39,470 nt of DNA from a virus (IMGVR_UViG_3300020045_002438:1-39470); one strand, 5' to 3'; positions 8,665-19,800 are shown, numbered from the stretch's first letter. Translations and numbers: made by a program. The notes: generated by a model not told the origin, from the sequence alone.

Positions 8665-9294
8665 ATGGCGATTAATTCTGACGCTGATTTGTGCAACATG
8701 GCATTGGGACACCTCGGAAACTATGGAACAATTTCCAACATACAAACCCCGACGAATGATAAAGAAATTACATTCGCACTTTGGTATGACATTTCCCGCC
8801 AAACATTTCTGAAAATGACGATGCCGAACTTTGCTCTCGCTCGCAAAATCGTGTCGCGTAAAATCATGGCAGCACCTTTCGGCGCAGACCTTGGTTATCA
8901 ATACGCTTACGAATATCCAAACGATTGCTTAAAGGTTCTCGGCATCGGCGAAGTTATGGACAAGGAAAACAATTACGCTATCGAGGGTCGCTGTATTTGG
9001 ACTGATGAGCTTTACGAAACCGGACTTCCTGTTCGCTACATCAAAGACATCACAGACGTGACGATCATGTCGCCTGAGTTCAAGATGGCGTTTTCTGTTT
9101 TCCTTGCGTCGAATGCCGCGATGGACATTACTCAGGATGCGACAAAGGCAAGCGCAATGCTGAAGATGCTTCCTGAAAAACTCGCTTCTTTGAGTGCATT
9201 GAACGCTCAGGAGAATATGCCAATCAGGATCAGCCACTCGCGCTTTAAGGAAGCGAGGTTTAACGGTTTTGTCGGAGGGGCTCGTAAACGATGA
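8665..9294 (+). CDS. Tail tubular protein A / adaptor (T7 gp11-like)
   Basis: DLCNMALGHLG N-terminus, YAYEYPNDCLKV and YAIEGR motifs. Confidence 0.88.
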   Translation: MAINSDADLCNMALGHLGNYGTISNIQTPTNDKEITFALWYDISRQTFLKMTMPNFALARKIVSRKIMAAPFGADLGYQYAYEYPNDCLKVLGIGEVMDKENNYAIEGRCIWTDELYETGLPVRYIKDITDVTIMSPEFKMAFSVFLASNAAMDITQDATKASAMLKMLPEKLASLSALNAQENMPIRISHSRFKEARFNGFVGGARKR

Positions 9295-11342
9295 AACTCG
9301 TAACAATCTATAACAACTTTGCTCGCGGAAAAGTAGATCACGATATGATGGGAAGGTTTGATCTTCCCATTTACAGATCGGGCGCAGATGTCATTCAGAA
9401 CTTTTTCACCAACTTCAAGGGCAACGCGATTTTTCGCACGGGACTTGAGGAGATGTTGGGAGAGGCGTTTCAAGACTGCGTTTTCCAAGAGTTCAGATTT
9501 CGGGACGATCAAAATTATCTGCTTGTGTTTTATAACACGAAGATCAGGTTTCTTTCTTTTGACAGTAACGGAAACTTCGGATGGGTTCTCAACGGTGGCA
9601 GCACTATTCTTGAGGTCACTACCCCATACTCGCTCGCCCAATGTCGTGAGTTGCAGTTTACGCAGAATGCGGACGTTATGGTCATCACTCACCAGTCGTT
9701 TGCACCGAAGGCATTGACCCGTGTTTCGGCAAACAGCTTCACGATTGCTGATTACACGTTCACGGGTGGCACAGCACCATTCGGCGCAAGCCAATATCCA
9801 AGCTGTTGCCTGTATTATAAAGGCAGACTTTATTTTGCAGCAACCGCAGCAAAGACAACTACGATCTGGGGAAGCGAGAGCGGTCAATACAATAACTTCG
9901 TTATCCCGACAACGATCACAGATGCTTCGCCTCTTCAGTTCACGATTGCCGAAATCACGCAGCCTATCTCTTGGTTGTATGGCGGAGATAACTCGCTTAT
10001 CGCAGGAAGCGCGGATGGTCTTATTCCGATCAATGGCGGTTCTGCAGGCGAGGCGATCAAGTCCGACACGATTGAGGCCAATCTTTCTTCGGCTGATGGG
10101 TGCAACAAAACAATTCCGTTTAAAAAAGATGGACTTATTTTTTATGTCGGGAAGAACAGCCGAAACGCATATTATTTCAGCTATGATTTGCTGACGGAAA
10201 GTTTTCTTGGTGAAGATGCAAACTTCGTTTCTTACGACATCACAAGAGGCGGTATCGGAAAGATACGTTGGAAAAAGGATCGCGACGATCTTGTTTACTG
10301 TATCCGTGGAGATGGTCAGCTTATCTCGCTAAACTTCAAGCAGAAAGAGAACATCATTGGTTGGCACTCGCACAAAACGAGCGGAACTATAAAAGATATT
10401 GCCGTCATTACAGACAACCAAGGGAACCCGCAGTTGTTTACGTTGACCTATCGCAACTCAGCTTATTACATTGAGAAGGCGGCGGATCACGTTCAGTTTG
10501 AAGAGCGCGTTAGCTTCTTCTCTTATGATGGTGTCGAAAATCCGATAGAAGCAAAGGCGCGTGACGACGAGGCATATAACCGCTATGTCGCCGAGCAACT
10601 TCGTGACTGCGTTTATCTTGATTGTGCGTCGAAGGTATCCAACCTTCAGAGCAACGCGATCACATACAGTTCTGTGAGTGGTCAAATTGTTGCGACGAAC
10701 AATGTGTTTTCGGCTGGCGATGTAGGCAAGCACATCTCTTATAAAACCATGACAGGATATGAGAGCGGAAGGTTTGAGATTACTGGTTACGTCGATGCAA
10801 AAACCGTTTCTGTCAATGTCCTTCAGCCTCCAACATCTGACACATACACGGACTGGTATCTTTCGTTTTCGACGATCTCCGGCCTTTCGATTTATAACGG
10901 AAAATCTGTTGGAGTTGTAACGGACGGTGGTTATCTCGATGAGTTTGAGGTTTCGGCTGGCTCTATCAATCTCGGATCGCAAGTTCTCTCGGCTGTCGTT
11001 GGTTATCGCTATATGGGGATCATCAAGTCGTTCTGCCTCGGATTGCAGATCAACGCCGACAACACGCAAACGACGATGAAGTCAATCTCTCGCGTTGGCC
11101 TGAGAACCGTGTCTTCGGCAGGCGGTAAGTTTGGATCGTCCCTGTATAAGCTGGAAGACGTTCAGGAGCTATCGCAGCGCGACATCAACTACCTTCCTCC
11201 TATCCCTATGGACGGGACGAAATATGTTGCCTACGTCGATGACACGGAAACTGACAAGTTCTTTTATGTGGTGCAAAGCGAGCCGTTGCCGTTTATTATC
11301 ACAAGCGTTATGGTTGACGCATCAATGGCGTTGACGCGATGA
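9291..11342 (+). CDS. Tail tubular protein B / nozzle (T7 gp12-like)
   Basis: NNFARG start, TQNADVMVITH, YPSCC..YKGRLYF, GWHSH; 683 aa. Confidence 0.9.
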   Translation: MKLVTIYNNFARGKVDHDMMGRFDLPIYRSGADVIQNFFTNFKGNAIFRTGLEEMLGEAFQDCVFQEFRFRDDQNYLLVFYNTKIRFLSFDSNGNFGWVLNGGSTILEVTTPYSLAQCRELQFTQNADVMVITHQSFAPKALTRVSANSFTIADYTFTGGTAPFGASQYPSCCLYYKGRLYFAATAAKTTTIWGSESGQYNNFVIPTTITDASPLQFTIAEITQPISWLYGGDNSLIAGSADGLIPINGGSAGEAIKSDTIEANLSSADGCNKTIPFKKDGLIFYVGKNSRNAYYFSYDLLTESFLGEDANFVSYDITRGGIGKIRWKKDRDDLVYCIRGDGQLISLNFKQKENIIGWHSHKTSGTIKDIAVITDNQGNPQLFTLTYRNSAYYIEKAADHVQFEERVSFFSYDGVENPIEAKARDDEAYNRYVAEQLRDCVYLDCASKVSNLQSNAITYSSVSGQIVATNNVFSAGDVGKHISYKTMTGYESGRFEITGYVDAKTVSVNVLQPPTSDTYTDWYLSFSTISGLSIYNGKSVGVVTDGGYLDEFEVSAGSINLGSQVLSAVVGYRYMGIIKSFCLGLQINADNTQTTMKSISRVGLRTVSSAGGKFGSSLYKLEDVQELSQRDINYLPPIPMDGTKYVAYVDDTETDKFFYVVQSEPLPFIITSVMVDASMALTR

Positions 11343-11355
11343 ATGGGGTGTGGCT

Positions 11356-11862
11356 ATGGGTGTAACAACAGCTATTATGCTTGGTCTGACGACTCTTTCC
11401 GCAATGAGTTCGATGAGCAACGCGAATAAAGAGGCCAAGGCCGCTATCGCCGAAGGCAACATCGTCGCCGCGAACAAGGCAAAGGAAACAAAGCTGAAGG
11501 CGGCTCGCCTGCAAACGTCCTTCCTTAACTCCGGCTTGACGCTCGAAGGAACGCCAATGGCGGCTATCGACGATACGTTCTCTACTGGACTTGCTGACAT
11601 CGGACAGATCAGCTCGAACTATAACAACAAGGCAAAATCGGCAATCAACAAGGGAAGATCGCAAGCTCTTTCCGGCTTCGCCTCTGCGTTTATGGGGATG
11701 GGTATGTCTCAGGGTCTTGGCGGATTGAATGAGATGTTTGGCGGAGCCACATCAATGAACCCAGCTGCAGCTTCTGTTTGGGAGGCTGGTTCTGCAAGTG
11801 GTGCAGGCTTCTATGAAACACTTCAGGGAGCAAAAACTGCTTCATTCTTAAATCCGGTGTAG
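11356..11862 (+). CDS. Internal virion (ejection) protein, gp14-like
   Basis: Ala/Gly/Ser-rich, hydrophobic N-terminus, SGLTLEGTP motif; follows the nozzle gene. Confidence 0.75.
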   Translation: MGVTTAIMLGLTTLSAMSSMSNANKEAKAAIAEGNIVAANKAKETKLKAARLQTSFLNSGLTLEGTPMAAIDDTFSTGLADIGQISSNYNNKAKSAINKGRSQALSGFASAFMGMGMSQGLGGLNEMFGGATSMNPAAASVWEAGSASGAGFYETLQGAKTASFLNPV

Positions 11863-11869
11863 GTGTTAA

Positions 11870-13321
11870 ATGGCACAACGCAATCTCGTAAATATGCGTG
11901 AGGTAACTCAGGTCGTCGCCGAGAACCCGAACACGCTCCTTGACGCTGGTGTCGAAATCGGACAGGAGATCATGCGCCAGAGCCAAGAGGCGAAGATCAA
12001 CGAGAGCCTGTCGCAAGCGCAGCTTGATTTGAATGCGATGCAGTCACAGTATCAAACTGACTTCGAGGCCGATCCTATGGGCGGATTGACAGAATATAAG
12101 AAAAACCGCAAGGCCGTGTTCGATAAATATGCAGAAGGTATCTCTCCGCTTTATCGCCGGACATGGGAAGACAACGCCCGTAAGATTGCGCAGCAAAATG
12201 ACGCGACACAACAGGGCTGGGCTCTGAAGCAAACGCGAGTGAACACAGTCAATTCGATTAACAAGAGCATGAAGAACAACTTCCTTCAAGCGAACCTTGA
12301 CGGGCAAAAGTTTGGCGGAAGCGATGATGGTGAAATCTCTGCTTTCCTGAACTTTGAAAACTCGAAGAAGAGCTTGATGGAATGGGGATCGAAGAACGTA
12401 GGCCAAGAAACAACAGAAGGTATGCTTGAGAACTACGAAAACGATTACCTGAAATCTTTCGTTTCAGGCGTTTCTGATAGTAACCCGCAAAAAGCTGCCC
12501 GTCTTCTTGAGGATGAAAAAATCAGGACTCGATTTAAGTCTGATGAGATAGACACGATGGAAAACGTCATAAAGAAAAACATAAAACGACAACAGATCGG
12601 AAAGCTTTCAGAAGAAGTAAATAACGAAGATCAGTTGTCTGAGCTTGTTCTCTCTGATGGTGGTGATTATTATACTAAGCGTCTTCAGATCGACACTATG
12701 GAAATGAGCGGAAAGATTTCTACTACCTCGGCTGCAAAAGCTCGCCGTGTTCTGACATCACAAAAGAATGTTGATGCTCTCACAAACTCGGACGACATGG
12801 CTGACATCGTTAATCAAATGTATGATCTTAACGCTATGGCTGACACGAGCAGCGAGGATTATCTTGTCGGCATCCGAAACGTGCGCGACCGTATCCTTTC
12901 AGATCAGGCGGCTGGTAAATTGAAGCCAGACGATGCCAAGAAGCTCAATAGCCAGCTCCGCACCCTGACTGCCCAGAAGACATCGCAGGCCACTACAAAC
13001 GCAGCTATGGGCTTTTATGATAGCAATCAAAAGTTCTCCGCTCTTCCGCCTGAATATCGTGGCGCGGCTACGAGAGAACTGTTCTATAAAAGCCATGGTC
13101 AGGATTTCACTCCTCAGCAACTTGACATTGAAGCAAACAAAATTATCGACAACGTGAAGCGCGGGATCAGAACTGAAACCGTAAAGCGTTTGGATAATAT
13201 GAAGCAGCCTGATGTAGAGTTCTTGAAGACAAAAGGATACACGATGGATGATGTCGCAGAGACAGCAAAGATTTATGGCATCTCCGAACAACAAGTAATC
13301 CAGCGCATGAAGGCTCGGTAA
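11870..13321 (+). CDS. Internal virion (ejection) protein, gp15-like
   Basis: 483 aa helical protein between the gp14-like and gp16-like genes. Confidence 0.7.
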   Translation: MAQRNLVNMREVTQVVAENPNTLLDAGVEIGQEIMRQSQEAKINESLSQAQLDLNAMQSQYQTDFEADPMGGLTEYKKNRKAVFDKYAEGISPLYRRTWEDNARKIAQQNDATQQGWALKQTRVNTVNSINKSMKNNFLQANLDGQKFGGSDDGEISAFLNFENSKKSLMEWGSKNVGQETTEGMLENYENDYLKSFVSGVSDSNPQKAARLLEDEKIRTRFKSDEIDTMENVIKKNIKRQQIGKLSEEVNNEDQLSELVLSDGGDYYTKRLQIDTMEMSGKISTTSAAKARRVLTSQKNVDALTNSDDMADIVNQMYDLNAMADTSSEDYLVGIRNVRDRILSDQAAGKLKPDDAKKLNSQLRTLTAQKTSQATTNAAMGFYDSNQKFSALPPEYRGAATRELFYKSHGQDFTPQQLDIEANKIIDNVKRGIRTETVKRLDNMKQPDVEFLKTKGYTMDDVAETAKIYGISEQQVIQRMKAR

Positions 13322-16300
13322 TGGTCGATATTTTCAAAAAAGAAGGCATCAATATCGACGCTGTAGGTGAGGACGCTCAAACGTCTGCAAAGGATATTTT
13401 TGCAAGCGAGGGCATCGCTCCGCCAACCGTTTCTGAACAGAACAATGATGCGCTAAGCGCAGGCATTCGACTTGACGCGCCTTCTGGTGAAGACCAAGAG
13501 TTTGTTGCGAAAACAGTAAAGCAAGACATTTCAGATATGGAAGTCATTGCGAAATCTCGCTTCACACCAGAACAGATTGAGGGCTTCAAAAACAATCCTA
13601 TTGGTTTTTTTGAAGGCTTCAAATATCTGCGCAAACAAGATGTTCTGCCAGCAGGAAGTCTGAAGACGGCTTACGATCTTTTTGATGTGAACAACATCGC
13701 TAAGAAGATGGAAGCAGGAGAGGCGATTTCGGATGCCGAAACTGAAAAGCTGAACGGTTTTATAGATCGTGAAGTCGAGATGTCGCTTCGCGGGTTTTCA
13801 ATCGGAGGCGGTGTATCTTATGGGCTTTCTCAGGTTCCTGCGTTCGGCGTTGAGTTCTGGGCTTCTGGTGGTGTAGGCAAGATCGGGCAGACAGCCGCAA
13901 TCAAGGGCGCGGAAAAGTTTATTACAAAGGCGGTTGTGAAAAAGGCCGTCGGTCTTACGGCGAATGTTGTCGCTCGAACCGCAGTAATGCCGACACTCTA
14001 TACGCCCAAGTTCGCAGAGCGCAGGCTAAATGACTTTGCCGCGATCACGGATAAAGGCGAAATGATCTTGGCGCGCGGAGAAGAGAGCCCAGCAAAATCA
14101 GCTCTTCTTGCGTTCGGGTATTCTTCTGCTGAAGTCGCGAGCGAGATGTCGGGCGCGGCGTTGGGGAAATACGTCCTAGACCCGATTAGAGGCGTTCTAA
14201 AAACCCCGCTTGTTGCAGCAGTAAATAAATTGCCGTCGAGCGTGAGAGAGGCGGTTTATGCCGCATACAAGAAAATCAATCCTAATGCTCAGGTGTCAAA
14301 AGTCTTTACCGCAGCTGGTTGGAATGGCGTTGTTGAAGAGCTTGGAGAAGAACAAGTTAATCGCATCATGCAGTCAACTATGGAGCTTGCGGGAAATGAC
14401 AAGCAGGCAGCAACAAAAGGCGATTATTCTTTTGACGATTATTTGAACAGCCTTACTCCATCCTCGGATCAACTGTTGACTGAGGCCGGAATTGTTGCGC
14501 TGTCAGGAAGCGTAAAAACATCGGCAGACATCACGTTCAATCTTCTGAAAAACAAAGGCGTTGAAATCGCAAAAGCTAGGCAGATGGTCGATACGATGTC
14601 TGCGAACGAGCAGGAGCAATTCGTCGCAGAAAATATGCAGGAGCCCGTTTCTGGCTTCGTTCCAACTGTCGGTGCTGAGGTTGCAAAGCCAGTCGATATT
14701 AAGGATGAGAGCGTCCAATACATCGTTCAAGGAACGTCAACGATTGAGATCACGGAACAGGAAGCACTTGCTGACGGAGTTAATCCATCTCCATTTTTTC
14801 TTGAAGGAGAGGTTTCGCAATCACAAATCGCAGCTGTCGAAGTCAACGATCCACCGAAGATCATCGACGATGAAAGCACGGCAAACAAGTTCATCAGGGA
14901 GTGGGTTAACGAACTTGATCCAATCCAAAAACTTCCTGAGATGGCTCGCCAGCGCGGTATGAACATCTCTGAGATCAACGACACGAAACTTCTTTCCTCT
15001 ACATATTCCGGCATCCTTGGTCAGATCAGGCAGAACCTTCAGGTTAACACGTTCTCAAAAGACGCGAACGGTAACAACGTCATCACGGGAAAATCTCTGA
15101 AGGCAACGATGGATGATTTTGATAATATGTTCATCGCTTCAGAGCCAGTAAGGAAAAACAGAGAGCAAGACTTTTCTGATTACCTTATGGCGCAAAGATA
15201 CCTTCAAGACCTAGACCCAAGAGATGATGTCGAAGTCACAGAAGAACAGAAGGCGAAATCTGTTGCAGACCTCGCTCGCCTCGGACAGAAATATCAAAAT
15301 GACTTTGGTTTTTTTGAAGTTCTTGCGCAAGAGGTTTACGACTTTCAGCGGCGCATCCTGAAAAACCTTGTTGATAGCGGCGTTATGTCGGAACAGGTTT
15401 ACGATGGCATTTTGGCAAAGAACAAAAACTATGTCCCATTCCAGCGCGTCCTTGAAGAAGAAACATTCGCTGGGTCAATCTCGTCGAGCGCGGTGTTTAG
15501 CGACACAAACGCGAACAGGATTATCAAGCGAATTGCTGGGTCTGATAAAGAGGTCAAGAACGTCTTTCATTCGATCATCAAGAACACGGCTCGCATAATT
15601 GATATGTCTGCGCGGAATGAGGTCGCGAAGTCGATTGCCAATCTTGAAAGCGTTCTTCCTGAATACATCCAGCGCGTAGAAACGCCGATGATTAAAAAGG
15701 GAACAGCCAAGGTAAAGGTCACGTTCGATAAGCGGTTGCGTGAAAAGCTAGAGCAAACGATCAAACTCTTCGGCGAGGAGTTCCAACAAAAGAAGACGCT
15801 CAATAAGAGGGGGCAGCGCGGATATATTCGCGGCGACTACTCTCCTATGGAAAAACTTGTTCGCCTTCGCCTCGGATCGTCTGACGCTGTTTTGACGCAT
15901 GAGGTCGGACATATGCTCGACTTCCGGCTTGGCTTGAAAGACAAATTGCTCGGCGACCCAGAAATTAAAAAACAACTTATCAAGCTGGCAGAGCAACGCC
16001 TATCTTCTCAAACAGCGACAATCCAAAAAGGACAGTCGATCAACTTCGAGGAAACTCAATCGTTTTCTGAGAGCCAGAAGCACATTGATTATGTGAAGAG
16101 CGATAGAGAAATCCTTGCGAATATGTTTGATGCGTATGTCAACGCTCCCGATCTTTTGAAAAAGCTGGCTCCGAAGGCGAAGAAAGCGTTCGAGCAAATT
16201 ATCGACAACAACGAGGAGCTTGCATTCATAAAACAGATCAAGCCTTCCCTTGAAAGAAGCGAGGAAGAGGTTGAGCAGGATGTTTGGGGAGCCGCTGAAT

Positions 16301-17955
16301 ATGCCCCGCCTAATACGATAACTGTTCGTCGCAACGGGGTGAAAGAGTATTATCGTGTCGCGAAACCAATCCTTGCCGCTATTGAAAGCATGAACCCGTC
16401 GAAGCTGAACGTGATAGAGAAAATCTTCACAGCCTCGGCGAGCTTGCTTCGCTCCGGCGCGACACTCGTTCCTGAGTTCTGGGTGCGAAACGTCCTGCGC
16501 GACCAGCAGACCGCGCTACTTCAATCAGGCGTGAAATACAGGCCAACGGATTTTGTCCGTGGCCTCTGGGCTGTCGTGAGCAAAAACGATCTATACAACG
16601 AATGGGAGCGTTCAGGAGGGTCGTTCAACTCTTACATGGAACTGAACGATGACGGACTTGAAAAGGCATATCAGGAGCTATTCAGGCCGGAAGGCAAGCT
16701 GATGCGCTACATCAAAAACCCGATCAATGTCGCCGCAGATATTTCAAGCTCTTTGGAGCAGGCAACGCGCATCGGTGTTTTCAGCAGGGCGCAAGAAGGT
16801 GGTCAGTCTGACATTCAATCAGCGATGACATCACGCGATGCAACGCTTGACTTTTCTCGTCACGGCTCCGAAGGAAAACGCATCAACAGGTGGGTTCCGT
16901 TCTTCAACGCTGGCATACAGGGAACGGATAAACTTCTTCGCACATTCAAATCAAATCCAGCGGCGGCTACGTTCTGGGGGGTTGCAACTATCACTTTGCC
17001 AAGCGTTTTGATTACGGGTTATTATCTGTATGGCGCACCAGAGGATGAGAGGCGCGAATATCTTGAGGTTCCTGAGTGGCAGCGCGATATGTTTTGGATC
17101 GTGAAGGTTGGCGACGAATGGAAGAGATACCCCAAGCCTTTCACATACGGGTATTTGTTTGGTTCTCTTCCTGAGAAGATGATGCTTTGGATGTATAAGG
17201 GAGACAAGCCAGAAGGTAAGGCGGCGTGGCTTGATCTTGTTATGGGCTTAGGTGGTTCGTTCTCTCCTGTTTATGACGCAAGCTCTTTGATCCCTCCTAT
17301 AGCGAAGGTGGCTATTGAGGACGTGTCGAATTACAACTTCTTCACGGGACGAAACATTTATCCTGAATGGATGGAACGTCTTGACCCTGAAATGCAGGCC
17401 AGTAAATACACAAGCGAAACTGCAAAGTTTTTAGGAGAGAAGTTTGGCGTTTCCCCTGCGAAGATTGAAAACACTTTAAGGGGTCAGATCGCTGGTGCTT
17501 CGGATTACGTTACTGGTGCTGGTGATATGATCCTAAAGAAAGTGAAAGAATGGAATGGTGAAAAGGTTCCTGAAGAGCCGCTCACTCCGTCTGATATTGC
17601 TGTGCTTAAAGCATTCGCCGTCCGCCGTCCTGCTGGCTATCGTTCTCAGTCTGCAAAATACTTCTTCGAAAACTTTGATGAGGTTCAGAAGAAGCAAAAC
17701 ACATCTAAGAAGCTGGAAGGTGTTGAGAAAAAGGAATACGATCAGAAGCACCGTAATGTTATTTCTCAATACTCTTTTCTGTCCAGTTCATTCAAGGGAA
17801 TGAAGGGTTTTCAGAAGCAAGTTGATGAGATTTATGATAACAAAAGTATGTCGTCTGAAGAGAAGGTGAAGCGCATAAATGATCTCGAAGACCGCATCAC
17901 GGAGATTGCAAGACGGGCAAACACAAGCTACAATCGGAACAAGGGGGACAAGTAA
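13321..17955 (+). CDS. Large internal virion protein with zincin metallopeptidase and LPD38-like C-terminal domain
   Basis: 1544 aa; THEVGHMLD plus downstream REILAN; RDATLDFSRHG...VPFFNAGIQG and W.R.PKPF motifs typical of LPD38 ejection proteins. Confidence 0.82.
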   Translation: MVDIFKKEGINIDAVGEDAQTSAKDIFASEGIAPPTVSEQNNDALSAGIRLDAPSGEDQEFVAKTVKQDISDMEVIAKSRFTPEQIEGFKNNPIGFFEGFKYLRKQDVLPAGSLKTAYDLFDVNNIAKKMEAGEAISDAETEKLNGFIDREVEMSLRGFSIGGGVSYGLSQVPAFGVEFWASGGVGKIGQTAAIKGAEKFITKAVVKKAVGLTANVVARTAVMPTLYTPKFAERRLNDFAAITDKGEMILARGEESPAKSALLAFGYSSAEVASEMSGAALGKYVLDPIRGVLKTPLVAAVNKLPSSVREAVYAAYKKINPNAQVSKVFTAAGWNGVVEELGEEQVNRIMQSTMELAGNDKQAATKGDYSFDDYLNSLTPSSDQLLTEAGIVALSGSVKTSADITFNLLKNKGVEIAKARQMVDTMSANEQEQFVAENMQEPVSGFVPTVGAEVAKPVDIKDESVQYIVQGTSTIEITEQEALADGVNPSPFFLEGEVSQSQIAAVEVNDPPKIIDDESTANKFIREWVNELDPIQKLPEMARQRGMNISEINDTKLLSSTYSGILGQIRQNLQVNTFSKDANGNNVITGKSLKATMDDFDNMFIASEPVRKNREQDFSDYLMAQRYLQDLDPRDDVEVTEEQKAKSVADLARLGQKYQNDFGFFEVLAQEVYDFQRRILKNLVDSGVMSEQVYDGILAKNKNYVPFQRVLEEETFAGSISSSAVFSDTNANRIIKRIAGSDKEVKNVFHSIIKNTARIIDMSARNEVAKSIANLESVLPEYIQRVETPMIKKGTAKVKVTFDKRLREKLEQTIKLFGEEFQQKKTLNKRGQRGYIRGDYSPMEKLVRLRLGSSDAVLTHEVGHMLDFRLGLKDKLLGDPEIKKQLIKLAEQRLSSQTATIQKGQSINFEETQSFSESQKHIDYVKSDREILANMFDAYVNAPDLLKKLAPKAKKAFEQIIDNNEELAFIKQIKPSLERSEEEVEQDVWGAAEYAPPNTITVRRNGVKEYYRVAKPILAAIESMNPSKLNVIEKIFTASASLLRSGATLVPEFWVRNVLRDQQTALLQSGVKYRPTDFVRGLWAVVSKNDLYNEWERSGGSFNSYMELNDDGLEKAYQELFRPEGKLMRYIKNPINVAADISSSLEQATRIGVFSRAQEGGQSDIQSAMTSRDATLDFSRHGSEGKRINRWVPFFNAGIQGTDKLLRTFKSNPAAATFWGVATITLPSVLITGYYLYGAPEDERREYLEVPEWQRDMFWIVKVGDEWKRYPKPFTYGYLFGSLPEKMMLWMYKGDKPEGKAAWLDLVMGLGGSFSPVYDASSLIPPIAKVAIEDVSNYNFFTGRNIYPEWMERLDPEMQASKYTSETAKFLGEKFGVSPAKIENTLRGQIAGASDYVTGAGDMILKKVKEWNGEKVPEEPLTPSDIAVLKAFAVRRPAGYRSQSAKYFFENFDEVQKKQNTSKKLEGVEKKEYDQKHRNVISQYSFLSSSFKGMKGFQKQVDEIYDNKSMSSEEKVKRINDLEDRITEIARRANTSYNRNKGDK

Positions 17956-19394
17956 TGGCAATCTCTGATAACTACGCACCTGACGTAAACGCCTGTGACG
18001 GCGCGACGACATCGTTTAGCGGAGACTGGAAAGTCTTGAACGCTTCTTATTTTCGTTTTGCGCTTGAAGATGTTGCGACTGGCGTTCAAACGCTTCTCAC
18101 ACTCGGAAGCGATTACACACTCACGTTCGGAGAGAGTGGGTATGTAGCGATCACGGCTACTGCGTATTCTTCTGCATATAAAGCGGTTCGCTATCGTGAA
18201 GTTGCGCTTGACCAAACAGACCCATACCGCACATCGAAGGGTTTCCAAGGCAAGGTTATCGAAGACAGCTTTGATAAACTGACGGCGATTGAGCAGGATC
18301 AAAACGATCAAATCGGTAGGTCTTTCAAGGTTCCTGTTGGTGAAGACCCTACAGGTTTTCTTCCTTCTGCTTCGATGCGTGCTTTGAAATATCTTGCGTT
18401 TGATGCAAGCGGAAATCCAATTGCGAGCGATGGAACAACAGACACACCAATCTCTTCAGCTATGGAACCTGTTGTTAGCGCGGCCACACTCGCCGCAGCT
18501 CGCGCTGTTCTTGAAGTCTATAGCGCCGCAGATATGGATTATGCTTTTTCGCTTAGGGACGCAAAGTTCTCTAACGGGCAAGCAGACGGAAGGCTAACAT
18601 TAACAAGCGGCGTCCCTGTAACGACTTCTGATGTTACGGCTGCTACAACGCTTTACTACACGCCGTATGTCGGTAATAAAATCTCGCTATACAGCGATGG
18701 ATTGTGGAACACAGTATCGTTCACAGAAAAATCAATAGCCGTACCAGCTGTCGCAGACAAAATGTATGACGTTTTCGCGTACAACAACAATGGCATTCTT
18801 GATCTTGAGCTTCTTGCGTGGACAAACGACACGACAAGGGCTACCGCGTTGGCGCGGCAAGACGGGGTTCTTGTTAAAAACGGCGACCCAACAAGACGTT
18901 TTTTGGGCGTGATACGCACTCTTCTGGCTGGCCAGACTGAGGTAAGTAAAGCAAAAATGTGTGTGGCAAATGAGTACAACGCTGTGCCTTATGTTCTGAA
19001 TTACATTGATGCCGTTGGCGACCACACATACACAACGGCAACATGGAGGTTGTGGGGTAATTCATCTGCGGCGCAGTTGTTCTTTGTTGTCCCAACAAAG
19101 AAGCACCCATGTGAAGCAAGAACTCAGGCCATGGTTCGCAATACAAACTCAAATGTTCAGGCTTGGATTGCCGTAGGTGATGATGCAACCGGAGTAGGCT
19201 TTACAACAGAAGGTCATCTCAATGCGCAGATGAACACGCAGGCCGCAAACACAAACGCGATGGCTTCAGCGAGCAGGCTTAAAAAGTTTGCGGAAGGCTA
19301 CCACTTTGTATCGATGCTTGAGTATTCGGCGTCAACTGGGACGACTACGTTCGTTGGTGGACAGGCGGCAATAACAGCGGAGGTGATGGGATGA
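17955..19394 (+). CDS. Tail fibre protein
   Basis: T7-type N-terminal anchor (LTLGSDYTL...EDSFDKLT..Q); Thr/Ala-rich beta C-terminus. Confidence 0.85.
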   Translation: MAISDNYAPDVNACDGATTSFSGDWKVLNASYFRFALEDVATGVQTLLTLGSDYTLTFGESGYVAITATAYSSAYKAVRYREVALDQTDPYRTSKGFQGKVIEDSFDKLTAIEQDQNDQIGRSFKVPVGEDPTGFLPSASMRALKYLAFDASGNPIASDGTTDTPISSAMEPVVSAATLAAARAVLEVYSAADMDYAFSLRDAKFSNGQADGRLTLTSGVPVTTSDVTAATTLYYTPYVGNKISLYSDGLWNTVSFTEKSIAVPAVADKMYDVFAYNNNGILDLELLAWTNDTTRATALARQDGVLVKNGDPTRRFLGVIRTLLAGQTEVSKAKMCVANEYNAVPYVLNYIDAVGDHTYTTATWRLWGNSSAAQLFFVVPTKKHPCEARTQAMVRNTNSNVQAWIAVGDDATGVGFTTEGHLNAQMNTQAANTNAMASASRLKKFAEGYHFVSMLEYSASTGTTTFVGGQAAITAEVMG

Positions 19395-19546
19395 CGATAG
19401 AGGAGCTTGACGCACTTGTTAAAACTATTTGCCCAATCCTAGGCTTGAGCGAAAAGGGTGAGATTTGGTTCCATGAGGATGCAACGGAAGAGCAGAGAGC
19501 TTCCGCTTTTTCAGTTGTAAACGAAAACGTAGGTTTGCTTCAGTAA
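19391..19546 (+). CDS. Small protein (51 aa), possible tail-fibre chaperone; below the ORF-track cutoff
   Basis: ATGA overlap with the fibre stop and GGAGGT RBS; MTIEELDALVKTICPILG... Confidence 0.65.
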   Translation: MTIEELDALVKTICPILGLSEKGEIWFHEDATEEQRASAFSVVNENVGLLQ

Positions 19547-19557
19547 GGTAGTGTGTG

Positions 19558-19800
19558 ATGGAACCTGTTCGCGTTGACGGTATCTTGATGAAGGTTGCGG
19601 AACAGGGTGCGTTGTGCGCCTTCATGCTTCTTGTAATCATAGGGATGGCTTTGGTTGCAAAAGCGATGTATAATAGGATCATTCAGCAAGCGGATCAGCA
19701 GCAAAAAGTCCTTATCGACAGCACCCTCGCGATCAACAATAACACAACTGCCTTGGGTGCTTTGACAAAACAAGTCGAGAGGTTGGCAGATGTTCGATAG
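19558..19800 (+). CDS. Putative holin
   Basis: Single TM segment followed by a coiled coil, upstream of the endolysin. Confidence 0.6.
   Translation: MEPVRVDGILMKVAEQGALCAFMLLVIIGMALVAKAMYNRIIQQADQQQKVLIDSTLAINNNTTALGALTKQVERLADVR

Noticed and set aside
17955-19546. Diversity-generating retroelement as in BPP-1
   Set aside because: No reverse transcriptase and no template/variable repeat pair seen
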